Assembly: GCA_002269645.1 (NCBI GenBank)
Contig: NIVC01000579.1
Coordinates: 1-53,164, forward strand
DNA length: 53,164 nucleotides
Direction of reading: 5' to 3'
Source: Macrostomum lignano
Taxonomy: Eukaryota
The notes below the pieces were generated by a model. It was not told where the DNA came from. It made no database searches and was given only the letters and a program-made list of their open reading frames with translations. Below are positions 1 to 12,800 of the stretch, one piece after another (the first letter of the stretch is position 1; every line of letters starts with the position of its first letter). The translations under genes and the position numbers were made by a program.

Positions 1-100
1 GTTATTGCGCTGTCTAAAAAAAGAGATTATTGCGCCAGCTGAGAAGTGGATTGTTGCACAACCTGAGAAAGCAATTATTGCATTAGCAGAGCACTAGCTA

Positions 101-575
101 CATGCTATCTGGTGGATGCTTGCTATCTGGCGGGATGCTTGCTATTTGGGGATGCTTGCTCTTGAGGGGGGTATTTGCTATTTGGAAGAGGGGGGTACTG
201 GCTACATGTATAGGATTCTTTCTATCCAGGGATGCTTGCTATTTAGGGATTCTTGCTATCTGCAGGATGCTTGCTATCTGGGTGGATGCTTCAACAATAT
301 CTGGGGATGCTTGTATCTGGGTGGATGCTTCAACAATATCTGGGGGATGCTTGCTATCGGTGATGCTTCAACAATATCTTGGGGATGCTTGCTATTTGGT
401 GGATGCTTCAACAATATCTGGGGGATACTTGCTATCGGGTGGATGCTTCAAAATATCTGGGGGATACTTGCTATTGGTGATGCTTCAACAATATCTGGGG
501 GATGCTTGCTATCTGGGTGGATGCTTCAACAATATCTGGGGAATATTTTCTATTTAGGGGATTGTCTATTATCTT
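101..575. repeat. Degenerate composite minisatellite (GGATGCTTGCTATCTGGG / GGATGCTTCAACAATATCTGGG units)
   Basis: Interleaved ~18-22 bp units are visible directly. ORFs 102..557 and 116..580 are translations of the repeat. Confidence 0.9.
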
Positions 576-3348
576 TGTGAAGCTATATTTTGTTGTCTGT
601 TTCTTAATTTTGGAAAATAAAGAGTCCGTGACAATTTTACATGAATAATGTGATTTTTAAAAGTGAAGAAAGAATTGGATTTTAAGAAAATGTGCTGTTT
701 TAATTGTTTTCCATGAACTATTTTTGCTCCTTGCTTATTGGGCACCCGAAGGGGGCCGCACTAGAATTGCTAGTTATAAACTTAAAGGAACAAATGCAAG
801 AGCAAAAGGAGGCGGGGAAAGGAAAGGAAAAAACTGACATAAATGTGGCCAGGATGGCCATATAAATATTTGCAATGAAAATGCCGATGCATGGTGAAAA
901 CAGTGGGACAGAGAATGGGGCAACTGGCAGGTCAAACCGGAGGAAAGAGAGCCCACGTGTAGGGTAAATGCAAGGATTCCCGCAGAAAATAGGTAAAACA
1001 AAAATTAAAACACAGGATGGGGCAACGAGGGGAACAGCCACGGGAACAGGGACAGGACGGGGAAACAACCAAGGGGCAGGCCACGGACAGGGACGGAACG
1101 GGAAAAGGGTTCGCAGAAAGTTTATGCCAAAATGAACAGTCACAAAACTCCGTGGTAGACTGTACTACCACACTATTCCTACTATCTCTCAGTCCTGGGC
1201 ATTCTCTGGATCAGAAGGTCATGGCTTTACGCATTTTCCCTGCCTTGAGGCGATCTTTCCTATCCTAAGGCAGTTTTTCCTGCCCTGAGGCAGTTTATAC
1301 CCTCTCCAAGGTTACCTGCCCTGAGGCGATTCTCATTTCTTAGGCGGTCTTCTAGTAATACTCCCAATTTGGGCTTTATACTCTAAGAATAATAAGTAAG
1401 TCAATTTGAACAACTGCTTATTAAATTTGCTCAAAGTCAAGTGACAATTCGAGAAGATGCCTTTCTTGGCCTGCTTCGGGGCTTCTATTTATACTAACTT
1501 GTATATATATTAAAAACAAACTTTAATTTTGTAGAATATTATTGGCACACACAACATTTAAACAAAGTTATTATTATTTGGCAGAAATTCAAATACCATA
1601 TTTTCTAAGAAATAGATTGTTCGCGTACATACTACACTGCCTCAAAATTAAAGATGGAATTTTTGGAATTTTTGCTCACATTTCTAGCAAAATGGCACAA
1701 GTCTTAGACTTAGGCCTAAAGATTTATGTATATAAGTAGTAGGCTGGGTCATTCCATGAGAGGGTCCCATCATATTTTTGAACTTTAAGTACTTATATAA
1801 TTCTGAACCATAATAGATAGAAATTCTCTATGCCTCCCTCTAAGTGAAGCTTCTAAGCTTCTAAGTGAAGTGATGCTTTTTGTAGTTTTTGTAGTTTGTA
1901 GTTGCCTCCCTCTAAGTGAAGGTCTAGCTACGTCTACATTGCAATGTCAATTAGCATTTTTTGCTTGATACGGTTGTTCATTGGCATTGCCACTTTTGCA
2001 CAATGCCAAACATTTGTTCTTGACTTACGACACCTTGAGCTTGTGGAATTCATCTGGTGATAACTTGGAGATGTCCAAGATGTCAAACTCAACATAGCCA
2101 TTTATGGCAAATTGAAAGCCTATAGCGACATTGCACTACGTTGCATAATACAGCTATTAGAACACCTAGGATATCTATTTGGAGCTCTAGAGGCCACATT
2201 GTGATTGGGCCTGACAGAAAAATACAGTTGCACTGCACCACTCTGGCAAAGCCATCTGGCTGCAAATGCCTTCGACAATCCAATGGAGCATGCTCCAGCA
2301 AGAGCTACTCGTAGAATAACGTCTTAAAATAGAAAAGGCTACCTTAGACACTGGGCCTGCCTTAGCTTTTGGAACCATGCCAGAGCTCCATCTAGACACC
2401 TAGCTCCATAGACAAAAAGGTGATCTAATATGCTAAGTAACCGCAATAGACTATGTGCCATTAGGAGTCAAAACTTTTTAGGGTGAGCACAACCTCGCAT
2501 TACGAAATCTACAGTGCACGGTATTTCCAAGAGGAATTAGTGCCACTGACCAAATAGATGCCAGGGATTGCCTGATGGATAACCATCTGCTGAAGTCTGT
2601 ATTCAGAGGTTTTCCATCAGAGACTTCCTCTAAAAATCCCCATGGCAGTGGATATGAGCGTGTATTCCCTTTTCCGCTTTCCATGCCCACCTGATTAGGG
2701 AAAGATCTGGGAGTTGACCTGGAACAAGCTCTAATCTAGGTGAAATGTGCCAGGAAATCCACCTAGATCAGATTTTCTTCTTCCGAATCAAGCTCCCAGA
2801 AATAAATTGTGACCTGGGTCAAATTTTGTTCATCTGGTCCTCAACCTGGAATTTTTACTGTTTCCAAGCCCAGATCACTAATTTCTGGGTGAAGTTTCTG
2901 AATGACTTTTTTTGACGGGTATTCTGAATTTGGATCTCACAGAAGAAATCGAGAAGGATAACCAACGGTAAAGATGCAAAAAATTGAAGAAAAAAACACA
3001 AGTTTAATACAGCTAAAGAACTGCAAAACGATTCGATATGCTGAGCAAAACTTAAAAAACATTATTAAACCATGATGATTGACAGGCAAAGAGGCAAACA
3101 AAGTGGCGTTTGGCGAGCAATAGGCGGCAACAGCGCAAAGAAGCATAATGGGGGGGGGTCAGCAAACAAACCCCACAAGCTGCGAGCAATCTTATATTTT
3201 TGTTTTGTTTAAAAAAATTGAGTGCAAAAAGTGGCGAGTGCGCAAATACTTTTGAATTAATTGAGAAAGAAACATTTCTATATGTGTTTTGTATTTTGCC
3301 TTCTTGCATGACCTGTTTGCTTCATCTGTTTAAACTATTAGTGCATTG

Positions 3349-5166
3349 ATGAAGTCTAATTTGCCAGTCACTCCAAGAATCACAAACTTATCCGGTTCAA
3401 TTTTTTGCATGCCTCCTACTAAAGAAACAGACGAATTAAAAGCAGCAGACCGGGCCGATGGCAGGTCGGATACCGCTGTCGCCGCCGCCTCAGCCGACGC
3501 ATTGAATGTAACTAGCCGATGCAGCTCCAGCGTCACCTCAGCTAAGCCGTTGCTATTGGATACAGGCGCGTTCGGCGCTTTGCTAGCCTGCGGCTTTGAC
3601 GAAGAGATTCGAATCTACAAACTGTCCGATGCGAGGCGGGCACAGCGCGGCGGCCAGGAGCCCAACGCTACCGCCTCCGCTGCCGGGTTTCTATGGCGCT
3701 GGCCGCGCTGGCAACGGCTGGCCGGCGTTCACCGGGCCGCCGTGCGCGACATTCAAGCGTCGCCAAACAGCGAAGTGCAGCTAGTCAGCTGCGGCATGGA
3801 CGGCAGACTGGCTGTGTGGAATTATCCTACTGGCCAGGCCGTGTCCGTGATTGAGCTGGGCTGCCCTATTCTGCGCGTGCTGCCGCTGCTGTCTGCCGAC
3901 CTCTCCGATGCTGATAATGACGCTCCCGCTTACTATTGCCTGTTGCCTAGCAACCGTCAGGGCAAGCAGGAGTACCGAGTGACGGCACTCAACAGCCAGG
4001 CTTTGAAGCAGAACAAGCCCGGGATGAAATTGATGGGCCGAGTGCTGCCCGACTGTCTATCGCTTGGCCAGAACGGCCGGTTCCTCGTGTCCGCCAATCG
4101 TGGCAATCTGCTAGTTTATCGGCCGTCTCGCCAACGCGTGTACAGCCATTTCGCCTGCGACGGCGCCCGATGCCGGGTAGTGTCCGTGGCCGCCCATCCG
4201 AGCCAACGTTCGGCCGCGGTCGGCCTGTCGAACGGTCGAATCTTGATTATGCACGGCCTGTTCACCTCCGGCCGGCCAGTGTCCACTCTGTTGCAGTGGC
4301 ATTTTCGGCCAGTGTCCGGCCTGACCTACGCGTCCGACGGTTGCGCCCTGTACAGCGGCGGGGAGGAGGCCGTCCTGGTGAAATGGGACACCAGCCCGGA
4401 GGCCGGCGAAGCGACCGGCAATCGAGCTTTCCTACCCCGCCTCGGCGCTAGAATTGTTGGCGCCGTCTGCGGACCGACCGGCCAGGCGGCTGCGGCGGCG
4501 GTCCTATCGGACAACAGCGTGCTTGTGCTAGACTCCAATATGGGATTAGTCGGCGGGCTCAACGGCGGCGTGCTAGTCGGCGCAGACGATGACGGAGCTC
4601 CTGACGAGCAGCAGCAGCAGCAGCAGCTCGGCCTGCTGCGCGACCCGCTAACCGAGTGCGTTGCCATGCCAGGCCAAGCTGGCGTAGTTCAATTCTACTC
4701 TGTGTCCGAGCAGCGCCACCTCGGCTGTCTGGACGTGGCTAAGGCCAATTATACTGCGGTAGAATCGGCTGTGGTTTCCAAGGTAACGCCGGCCAGAGTT
4801 GAAGCGGCCGCGTTCTCCGACGCCGGCGCTTGGTTAGCAACGTTCGACCGGCGGGATGACGGGCGATACCCGCCGGAGCTGCGGCTTCGGCTGTGGCTGC
4901 GGCAGTGCCACCGGCCGCTGGTAAAATCCGAGGTCGGGGACGTCGACGGCGAGACCGACGCTCTCTTTGAGCGGCTGGCATTCAGCCAGTGCGGCGAAGA
5001 GCGACTCGCTCATTGCATTGTCGGCATGGCGTTTCAACCGTGCGCAGGCGAGCGCAAGCTCGTTTGCTCGTTAAGCGACGGCAGCCTGGTGTGCTGGACT
5101 CGCCAGGAGCGGGTGCGGCATCTGGCCGAGCCTGGCCGACACACCGACTTCGCCTCGTTCTGGACG
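3349..5166 (+). CDS. WDR75: WD repeat-containing protein 75 (UTP17/Nan1, SSU processome t-UTP subunit), exon 1
   Basis: Family motifs LLQWHFRPVSGLTYASDGCALYSGGEEAVLVKWD, AFLPRLGARI and VEAAAFSDAGAWLATFDRR..ELRLRLW match WDR75. First ATG is at 3349 (alternative 3409). Proposed phase-0 donor ACG|GTGCGT at 5167. Confidence 0.85.
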
Positions 5167-5519
5167 GTGCGTGGCATCTCGGGATTGTGGGTCATGGAGT
5201 TTCAAAAGTCATGGTTAGTGGGACATGAACCTCCAATGGTCATAGTTAGTGGGTCATGGACCTTCGATGGTCATAGTTGGTCATGGAGATCTGATAGTCG
5301 TAGTTTGTAGATTATGAAATTACGAGTATAATTGATATTGGCCGTGAAGTTTTTTATAATAGCAGATTGCTAGATCAACAAAACGTTTTTCGAAAGCATT
5401 GGGTTATTTTATTAGCTCGTATAGGGTAATGAATTTATAATTGTGACTGATAGTGCTATCTACTTGTAATGAGTTGTGGTTATTATGCTATCCTACTTAA
5501 ATGCTTAAATGCATTCCAG

Positions 5520-6986
5520 ATAACTCGCACCTGGCGCCTGGGCCACGGTTTCACCGGCGGCCCATTAGCATTTGATCCTACCGGCCGCTACCTGCTCACC
5601 TGTCACCAATCGCAGGCCTGCGCAGCCGTTTGGAGCACCTGCAATCTCGCCAGACCGCCGGCTTTGTTCCGCCTGTTCGATGGCGCCGCACAGACGGCCG
5701 GCAGTCAGCTGCTAGCATTCTGCTCGATGTGGGACAGCGGCCAATCGGTTGTCGTCTGCGGCCGGGACAGGCTGAGAGTTTGGGACCAGCAGAGTGGTCG
5801 CCGGCTAGCCGAGGCTCGCCTGACAGTGACATCGGCGGCCGAGGATCACAAGTCCGGCATGCTGATTCTGCTGTGCGCCGCTGAACAGGCCCTGCTAATG
5901 CTGCACAGCTGCGAGCCTGGCCAGCTCAGCCGGATTCGACTCAACTGCCCCTCGGAGCCTGTCAATCTCTGCGTGACCGAGGACACGTTCGTGTTTATGA
6001 CTCGCGATCGTCGACTGTTTGTATATCCCGAGCCTGCGGCGGCTGCCGTTGCGGCTTCGGTCGAAAACGAGGCGACAACGGCAGCGGCTGCGACTAAGGC
6101 GGAGCTGGAAGCCGAATCGGCCGCGGCGGCCTCGTTGCTAGGCAGGGTGTTCGGCCGGCGTCAGGCCGGCCTGCTAGGCGGCGCGCAGCTGGCCGATCCG
6201 GGCGCCGCTTTGGAGGCTCGCCTGCGCCTGTTCACCGAGTCGGACGCGTTCGCGGCGCCCAGTTTGGCGCGATTCATAGCCGGCAATCTGGAGCTGGTGC
6301 GGCGCCGCCTGCTGGCTGAGGACGGCCTGACTGGGGAGGGAGAGGAGCAGGCGGAACAGTTGGGAGACGGCTTCGTCAGGCGGGCTGGGGGAGGCTTCGG
6401 CAAATCGGGGAAGAAGAGCAACGACGATGCCGAATCTGAGGAGGACGATGTCGAATTGTCGGCCCCGACGATGAAAAATGGCGATGCGGCCGAGCCGGAA
6501 CTGTCCGAGGCGGTGTTCGACCGGGTTCTGTGCCACTGCCTGGCCAAATTCAGCAGTTCTGGCAGCCGTCTGCCCAGCCTGCGTCAGGTGCAACGTCGCC
6601 GGCGACAGAATCGGCGCCGACTACGCCGCGCCGCCGAGAAGATTGCCGTCGCCGCCGCTGCCGTTTCCAAGCCTGCAGTCCCAGCTGAACCCATCGCCCA
6701 GCCAGATGATGCGGACGAACTGAACCAATCGCAGCAGAATATCGATACGGCCGACACCGAGTCTGATCTGATCGTCGTGTCGGCGACTATGGCCACGCCG
6801 CGTGCTGGCGGTAATGGCAGCGAAGACGAGGACGATGATGAAGAAGACGACGCGTCTGTCCAGCGTCACAGGCCGGCGAAACGACACGCCAACGGTGAAC
6901 TGGCCGTGGACCTCGACGAGGAGTCGTCCTGCAGCGGCCGATCGTCGGTTAACAAGCGGAGCCGGCGTAGAAAAATTGCTGCTTGA
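5520..6986 (+). CDS. WDR75: WDR75 exon 2 (WD repeats plus long acidic/basic C-terminal tail)
   Basis: Acceptor TTCCAG|ATA at 5519/5520 is in phase 0 with exon 1. WD-like LAFDPTGRYLLTCH..AVWS follows. Stop TGA at 6984-6986; AATAAA at 7220. Confidence 0.75.
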   Translation: MTRTWRLGHGFTGGPLAFDPTGRYLLTCHQSQACAAVWSTCNLARPPALFRLFDGAAQTAGSQLLAFCSMWDSGQSVVVCGRDRLRVWDQQSGRRLAEARLTVTSAAEDHKSGMLILLCAAEQALLMLHSCEPGQLSRIRLNCPSEPVNLCVTEDTFVFMTRDRRLFVYPEPAAAAVAASVENEATTAAAATKAELEAESAAAASLLGRVFGRRQAGLLGGAQLADPGAALEARLRLFTESDAFAAPSLARFIAGNLELVRRRLLAEDGLTGEGEEQAEQLGDGFVRRAGGGFGKSGKKSNDDAESEEDDVELSAPTMKNGDAAEPELSEAVFDRVLCHCLAKFSSSGSRLPSLRQVQRRRRQNRRRLRRAAEKIAVAAAAVSKPAVPAEPIAQPDDADELNQSQQNIDTADTESDLIVVSATMATPRAGGNGSEDEDDDEEDDASVQRHRPAKRHANGELAVDLDEESSCSGRSSVNKRSRRRKIAA

Positions 6987-8184
6987 ACGTGAATGAACCT
7001 ATGACCTTTATTGACCTGGCACGATTTTGCTGTCTGTTTGTTATTGTCGGCACGTCATACGACATTTCTCTGCGCTAGATTCGCTCACTGATGAATCATT
7101 GCGGATTGGACAAAAATTAAATCGGTATGATAATTGAGCGGGAAAAACAGAAGCAACCGCTCTCGAATCATGCGTACTCTCTTTGGCCCTCAATTTCTGT
7201 CGGCATTTAGCATTGGAATAATAAAATCGCTGCTGCGTTTCAATTGTCTTCTCTGTTTTTATTTTTTAAGGGTTTGACATCTCATAGTTTGTTTTAGGTT
7301 AGAGCACAGATGCTAAAATAACTTTATGGGCCACTCGGGCATATATAATCAGTAAAACAACTTTCTACTTTTCAGTTCAGTAGCGAAGAAGAATACATAA
7401 GCTATTTTATAAAACATAGACAGCTGAAACGACTCTGATAAGTTTAGAAGCCCAAAGCTTGCAGGCGTAATCAGCTTGCTAATTGGTTCAGCAATAATGT
7501 ACATTAGCCAGTCCACTGAAATGTACATGGCAGCTTTAGGCTGGAATTCCGAGAACGGCAAAAAATTGGGGTGGGGCGGGGGGTAGTGTGGAAAGGCGCG
7601 GTTGGAGGGTTTAAGCTTGTGGTAAGAGCCTTGTCTTTAATAATACATTAAAATGCTTCTGTTAAACTTATTACTAACAGTAGCTTACACGCAAATGTGC
7701 TGAGTGGCCCATCTAGTTATTCTAGTATTTGTGAGTTAGTGGCAGTTTATAGGTTCACTTGGATTGGAATATTTCGCTTTATAGATTGTTTTTCGCTACA
7801 TATCGTTAATTCTAGTTACACCAATGAGGTTAATAACTGAATGAAGGTATTCCAGATTTGGACAGAATTTTCCTCTTTTCATCTTGTTGAATATTTGAGC
7901 TGAGTTTTACGCCGAGGCGTTGATCGAATGTCGAATTTTTCATTTTCGCAACCTTAGTTAGCTTTTCTCGCTTCAACTGACTAAGCTGTCAGCCTTAAAC
8001 AATTAGCTCCCTTCCCTGCCTCAAACAAGAGTTCGAATGACAAATGTAGTTTTTTGTTAATCTACACTGTTTCAGGCGACAGATTTCAATCAATAAGCCG
8101 ATAATGAGCTACATATACTACTAATATGCACTAGCCTCGGTTCAATCTAACAAATAAAAAGTAGCACAATCTGAACTGTCAAGA

Positions 8185-8505
8185 ATGAGAGTGCCAGCCG
8201 TGCAGCACAGTGGACAGCCAGTTGCTGGTCAGAGATCGGATGTTCAATGCATATTTTATTGCATATTCCATCACGAGGCTGGGCCCAAAATCGAGGTGCA
8301 AGAGCCGGCCGATTTCATAGTGAAGGAAAGCTTTGACAAGGTCAGCCGCTATCTGATTACTAAGACGGATTTTGACAATCGATTCATCTGGTTAGACGCG
8401 TTTGGATCCCGGATTATGGGCTGTGCTCAGTGCATCGAGGATAAGCGGTATAAACGGAACGCTATGCACTTTAACATCGGCCTGGTTATCAGTATGGACT
8501 GTCAG
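8185..8505 (+). CDS. NPRL2: GATOR1 subunit NPRL2, exon 1
   Basis: CIFYCIFHHEAGPKI..EPADFI..FD.V..YLITK..IMGCAQCIED.RY.RNAMHFNIG matches the NPR2 longin domain. Donor CAG|GTTGGA at 8506, phase 0. Confidence 0.92.
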
Positions 8506-8775
8506 GTTGGAATCTGCACTATTGCTATGCCTTTTGTCTTTTGGTTTGAAAAGTTCTGTTTGGACCACTGATACTAGAATAACCAGATAATTAAATTTGT
8601 GAAAAAATCGGAGCATCTACTTTTTCAGTAGTTTGTGCGCAGTGTCATTTCAAAATTAAATTTGGCAACTAAAATTTCCTTTCCTTCTTTGGAAGCATAT
8701 GTGATTAATAAATGAACAACAGACATTTAACTCCATGTACACAAGTGAACGCAACACAAACGAAACTCATCCTAA

Positions 8776-8994
8776 GGGGCAGGCCCAATCTAGCTCAGCC
8801 AATGAGAGAGCAGTAAAAAGAGAGATCAAAGTCAGACAGACGTAACTCAGCGTGGGGGCAGGCTTAATCTAGCTCAGCCAATGAGAGAGCAGTAAGGAGA
8901 GAGGCCAAAGTCAGACAGACGTAACTCAGCGGGGGGCAGGCTTAATCTAGCTCAGCCAATGAGAGAGCAGTAAGGAGAGAGACCAAAGTCAGAC
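8776..8994. repeat. ~78-79 bp tandem repeat, about 2.8 copies, NPRL2 intron 1
   Basis: AATCTAGCTCAGCCAATGAGAGAGCAGTAA recurs at about 8787, 8866 and 8944. Confidence 0.9.
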
Positions 8995-9424
8995 GCAAGC
9001 AGGCAGGATGATTTTTCAACGAGCCAACGGTTACCCCTACAAATACAAAAAAAGTTAAATTAAGAGACCTCCTACTAACAAAAGTAACAAAAATAATTAA
9101 AATTGAATCTCTTGTGCGTGCACAAATGGTTTCTAATACAAGAGAGGGCTCGGGGATCGGCAACTCCGCTATCTATCCGACCCTCTGGTCCATTGAAACT
9201 TCGTGGTAATAGCAATCCGTTAGGGTTTATGCCGATTCTACTGTCAACTCTCCACTCACGACTTCACTCTTATCTACTTTCCTTTCTTGTCTTCCTTCTC
9301 ATTTCTTCTCTGATCTGGGCCGCATCCTTGTGATGGATTCCTTATCTGGCCCGTTTATCGACCCCTGGTCTAGCTGAAGTTGCTACTATTAGCAGTATGT
9401 TAAACCCTTTTTGTTCACCCGTAG

Positions 9425-9670
9425 GTGCCAGTCAAATACGAGCTGATTGTGAGAAAGCTTGGCCGCTACTTTCACAGCCTGGAGGTTGAGACCGCATTCC
9501 TATCCGACCCGGACGCCCAGACCAAACTGCTTCCTGTACTGACCAGCATTCGAGCCAGTCTTAACGGGCCCGGCTCCTGCAAGCTGCAGGTGTTGCCAGG
9601 CAGATCTTTGGAGCTCTTTCTGAAACCGGCCGCGCCTTTAGAGGCCGCCGCAATGCCGCAGGATTTTGAG
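9425..9670 (+). CDS. NPRL2: NPRL2 exon 2
   Basis: Acceptor GTAG|GTG; YELIVRKLGRYFHSLEVETAFLS..LNGPGSCKL; donor GAG|GTTTGT at 9671, phase 0. Confidence 0.88.
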
Positions 9671-9831
9671 GTTTGTTTATCTGCCTTGCTGATCGATTGC
9701 TACTTATTTAAATGCCATATTAATACTGTTTACCAACTACTGGTCCCTGTGTGTCACTAATTATCTAGTACTGTTCTCTTAAATGTCAACTACTGTGACG
9801 AATTGATTGCACCAATGTCTGCTTCCTGAAG

Positions 9832-12800
9832 CTGTCACCAGCATCTGACACTATCATCTGTCACCAGCATCTATCACCATCATCTGTCACCAGCATCTAT
9901 CACCATCATCTGTCACCATCATCTGTCACCAGCATCTGTCACCATCATCTGTCACCAGCATCTGTCACCATAACAACAACAACAACAGAGTACGCTGCCA
10001 GATCACAAAAGCAGCGTCAGATGGCGCGCTTCAAAGCTTGGGCGCGAACAAAAGCCGCACCGCCGGCAGAGTCCGGGGCGCCGGCGTCAGCCAGCAGACA
10101 GTCGACGTAGCGCCGAGTCCTCGCCTGTCCCCGCCGGTAGGGTGCCTGCAACGTAAGTAGCAGCACCTCCTGCACCGGCTCCGGGCAGTAGGCCTCGGCG
10201 CGGATGACGTGGCCTGCCAGCTGGAGTCGCCGACGGCGCAGCAGATCGCTAGGACGGGCCAGGCCGGCGCGATGATAGAGCGCCGTGTTGGTGACTCGCT
10301 CGTTGCCGATCTTGAAGGCGGCGCGCAGCAGGCCAGCGTGCGCCGCGTCGACTTGAGCCTCGAGCGAGTCTGTCAGCGTCCAGTTCTCGGCGTTGTATAA
10401 CAGGACGGTCTCGATCACCGCCTGGAACAGCGCCGCCCTCTGGCGGTCCGGTAGGGCCTCGGACTGCAGGACTGACCTTATAGAACGAAAGGCAGCCCAA
10501 GCAAGTCCTCGGCGACGCCGCAGATCCTCGCGGACGTCGGGAACCAGACCGCCGAGGTAGACGAACTGCTGACATCTTGGAAGCTCACTCGCCTGTCCGT
10601 CAGCGCCTCGGCAGAAGATTGCAGCCTCGGTGTCGTCCGGCACGCATAGCACGACGGTCTTCTGCGTGTTGACCACCAGGCCGACGCTCGCCGCAACGGC
10701 AACCAGCCTATCCAGCTGTCGTTGGGCGCCCTCGACGGTCGAGGACAGCAGGGCGAGGTCATCGGCGTAGCCAAGCACGCTGAGCCGTCTCTCCGGTTGG
10801 CGTCGACCCACGCGTCGCCGCAGCAGGAAGCCGTCGTCGTTGGAAGGCAGAGCAGTCCGTAGCACCCAGTCAAGCACCAGAATAAATAGGAACGGCGCTA
10901 GCGTATCTCCCTGGAGCACCCCGGAGGATGTCTCGAAGAAATCCGATAGGCCGTCTGGTGTTGAGACAGCAGCCGTCGTGCCGTGGTACAGCGCCATGAC
11001 AGCAGAAATCAGCAGCTCTGGCACGTTGTACGCACGGAGCACCTCTGGGAGCGCGTCCCTCACGACCGAGTCGAAAGCCTTCCTGAAATCGACGAAGATC
11101 AGGATCAGGGTCAACTGGCGGATGCGCGCCTCCTCGATGACTCGTCGAAGAGCCAGGATCTGCGTCACTGTGCCGCGATGGGGCCGGAATCCGTTCTGCT
11201 CAGGTCGCAGGTACGGGTCCAGCACAGGCTGTAACCGCGATAGCAGCATGCGGTTGAACAGCTTCGCGGCGCAGGACTCACCATCGTCGCCATCGACAGA
11301 TCCCCGACAGATCCCGAGTCCCGACAGATCCCCGACAGATCACCATGGACAGATGTCACCATCATCTGTCACCAGCATCTGTCATCAGCATCTGTCACCA
11401 GCATCTGTCACCAGCATCTGTCACCAGCATCTGTCACCATCATCTGTCACCATCATCTGTCACCAGCATCTATCACCATCATCTGTCACCATCATCTGTC
11501 ACCAGCATCTGTCACCATCATCTGTCACCAGCATCTGTCATCAGCATCTGTCACCATCATCTGTCACCAGCATCTGACACTATCATCTGTCACCATCATC
11601 TGTCAGTCACCATCATCTGTCACCAGCATCTGTCATCAGCATCTGTCACTATCATCTGTCACCAGCATCTATCACCATCATCTGTCACCATCATCTGTCA
11701 CCAGCATCTGTCACCATCATCTGTCACCAGCATCTGTCACCATCATCTGTCACCAGCATCTGTCATCAGCATCTGTCACCAGCATCTGTCACCAGCATCT
11801 GTCACCATCATCTGTCACCATCATCTGTCACCAGCATCTATCACCATCATCTGTCACCATCATCTGTCACCAGCATCTGTCACCAGCATCTGTCACCAGC
11901 ATCTGTCACCATCATCTGTCACCAGCATCTGTCATCAGCATCTGTCACCATCATCTGTCACCAGCATCTGACACTATCATCTGTCACCATCATCTGTCAG
12001 TCACCATCATCTGTCACCAGCATCTGTCATCAGCATCTGTCACTATCATCTGTCAACAGCATCTGTCACCAGCATCTGTCACCAACATCTGTCACCATCA
12101 TCTGTCACCAGCATCTGTCATCAGCATCTGTCACCAACATCTGTCACCATCATCTGTCACCAGCATCTGTCATCAGCATCTGTCACTAGCATCTGTCACC
12201 AGCATCTGTCATCAGCATCTGTCACTATCATCTGTCAACAGCATCTGTCACCAGCATCTGTCACCAACATCTGTCACCAGCATCTGTCACCATCATCTGT
12301 CACCATCATCTGTCACCAGCATCTGTCACCAGCATCTGTCACCATCATCTGTCATCATCATCTGTCACCATCATTTGTCACCATCATCTGTCACTAGCAT
12401 CTGTCACCAACATCTGCCACCAGCATCTGTCACCATCATCTGTCACCATCATCTGTCACCAGCATCTGTCACCATCATCTGTCACCAACATCTGCCACCA
12501 GCATCTGTCACCATCATCTGTCACCATCATCTGTCACCAGCATCTGTCACCAGCATCTGTCACCAGCATCTGTCACCAGCATCTGTCACCATCATCTGTC
12601 ACCAGCATCTGTCATCAGCATCTGTCACCATCATCTGTCACCAGCATCTGTCACCATCATCTGTCACCATCATCTGTCACCAGCATCTATCACCATCATC
12701 TGTCACCATCATCTGTCACCAGCATCTGTCACCAGCATCTGTCACCAGCATCTGTCACCATCATCTGTCACCAGCATCTGTCATCAGCATCTGTCACCAT

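Noticed and set aside
718-1268. ORFs with Gly/Thr/Arg or Pro-rich low complexity
   Set aside because: They derive from purine-rich, G-run low-complexity DNA; no domain or splice support.
2630-2695. HUH-endonuclease-like string WAWKAEKGIHAHIHCH on the - strand
   Set aside because: A stop follows within a few codons and no other Rep or helicase motifs were found; insufficient for a call.
3596-6996. Overlapping and antisense ORFs within WDR75, the RTE, THADA and GPCR coding regions
   Set aside because: Shadow ORFs typical of GC-rich coding DNA, with no recognisable motifs.
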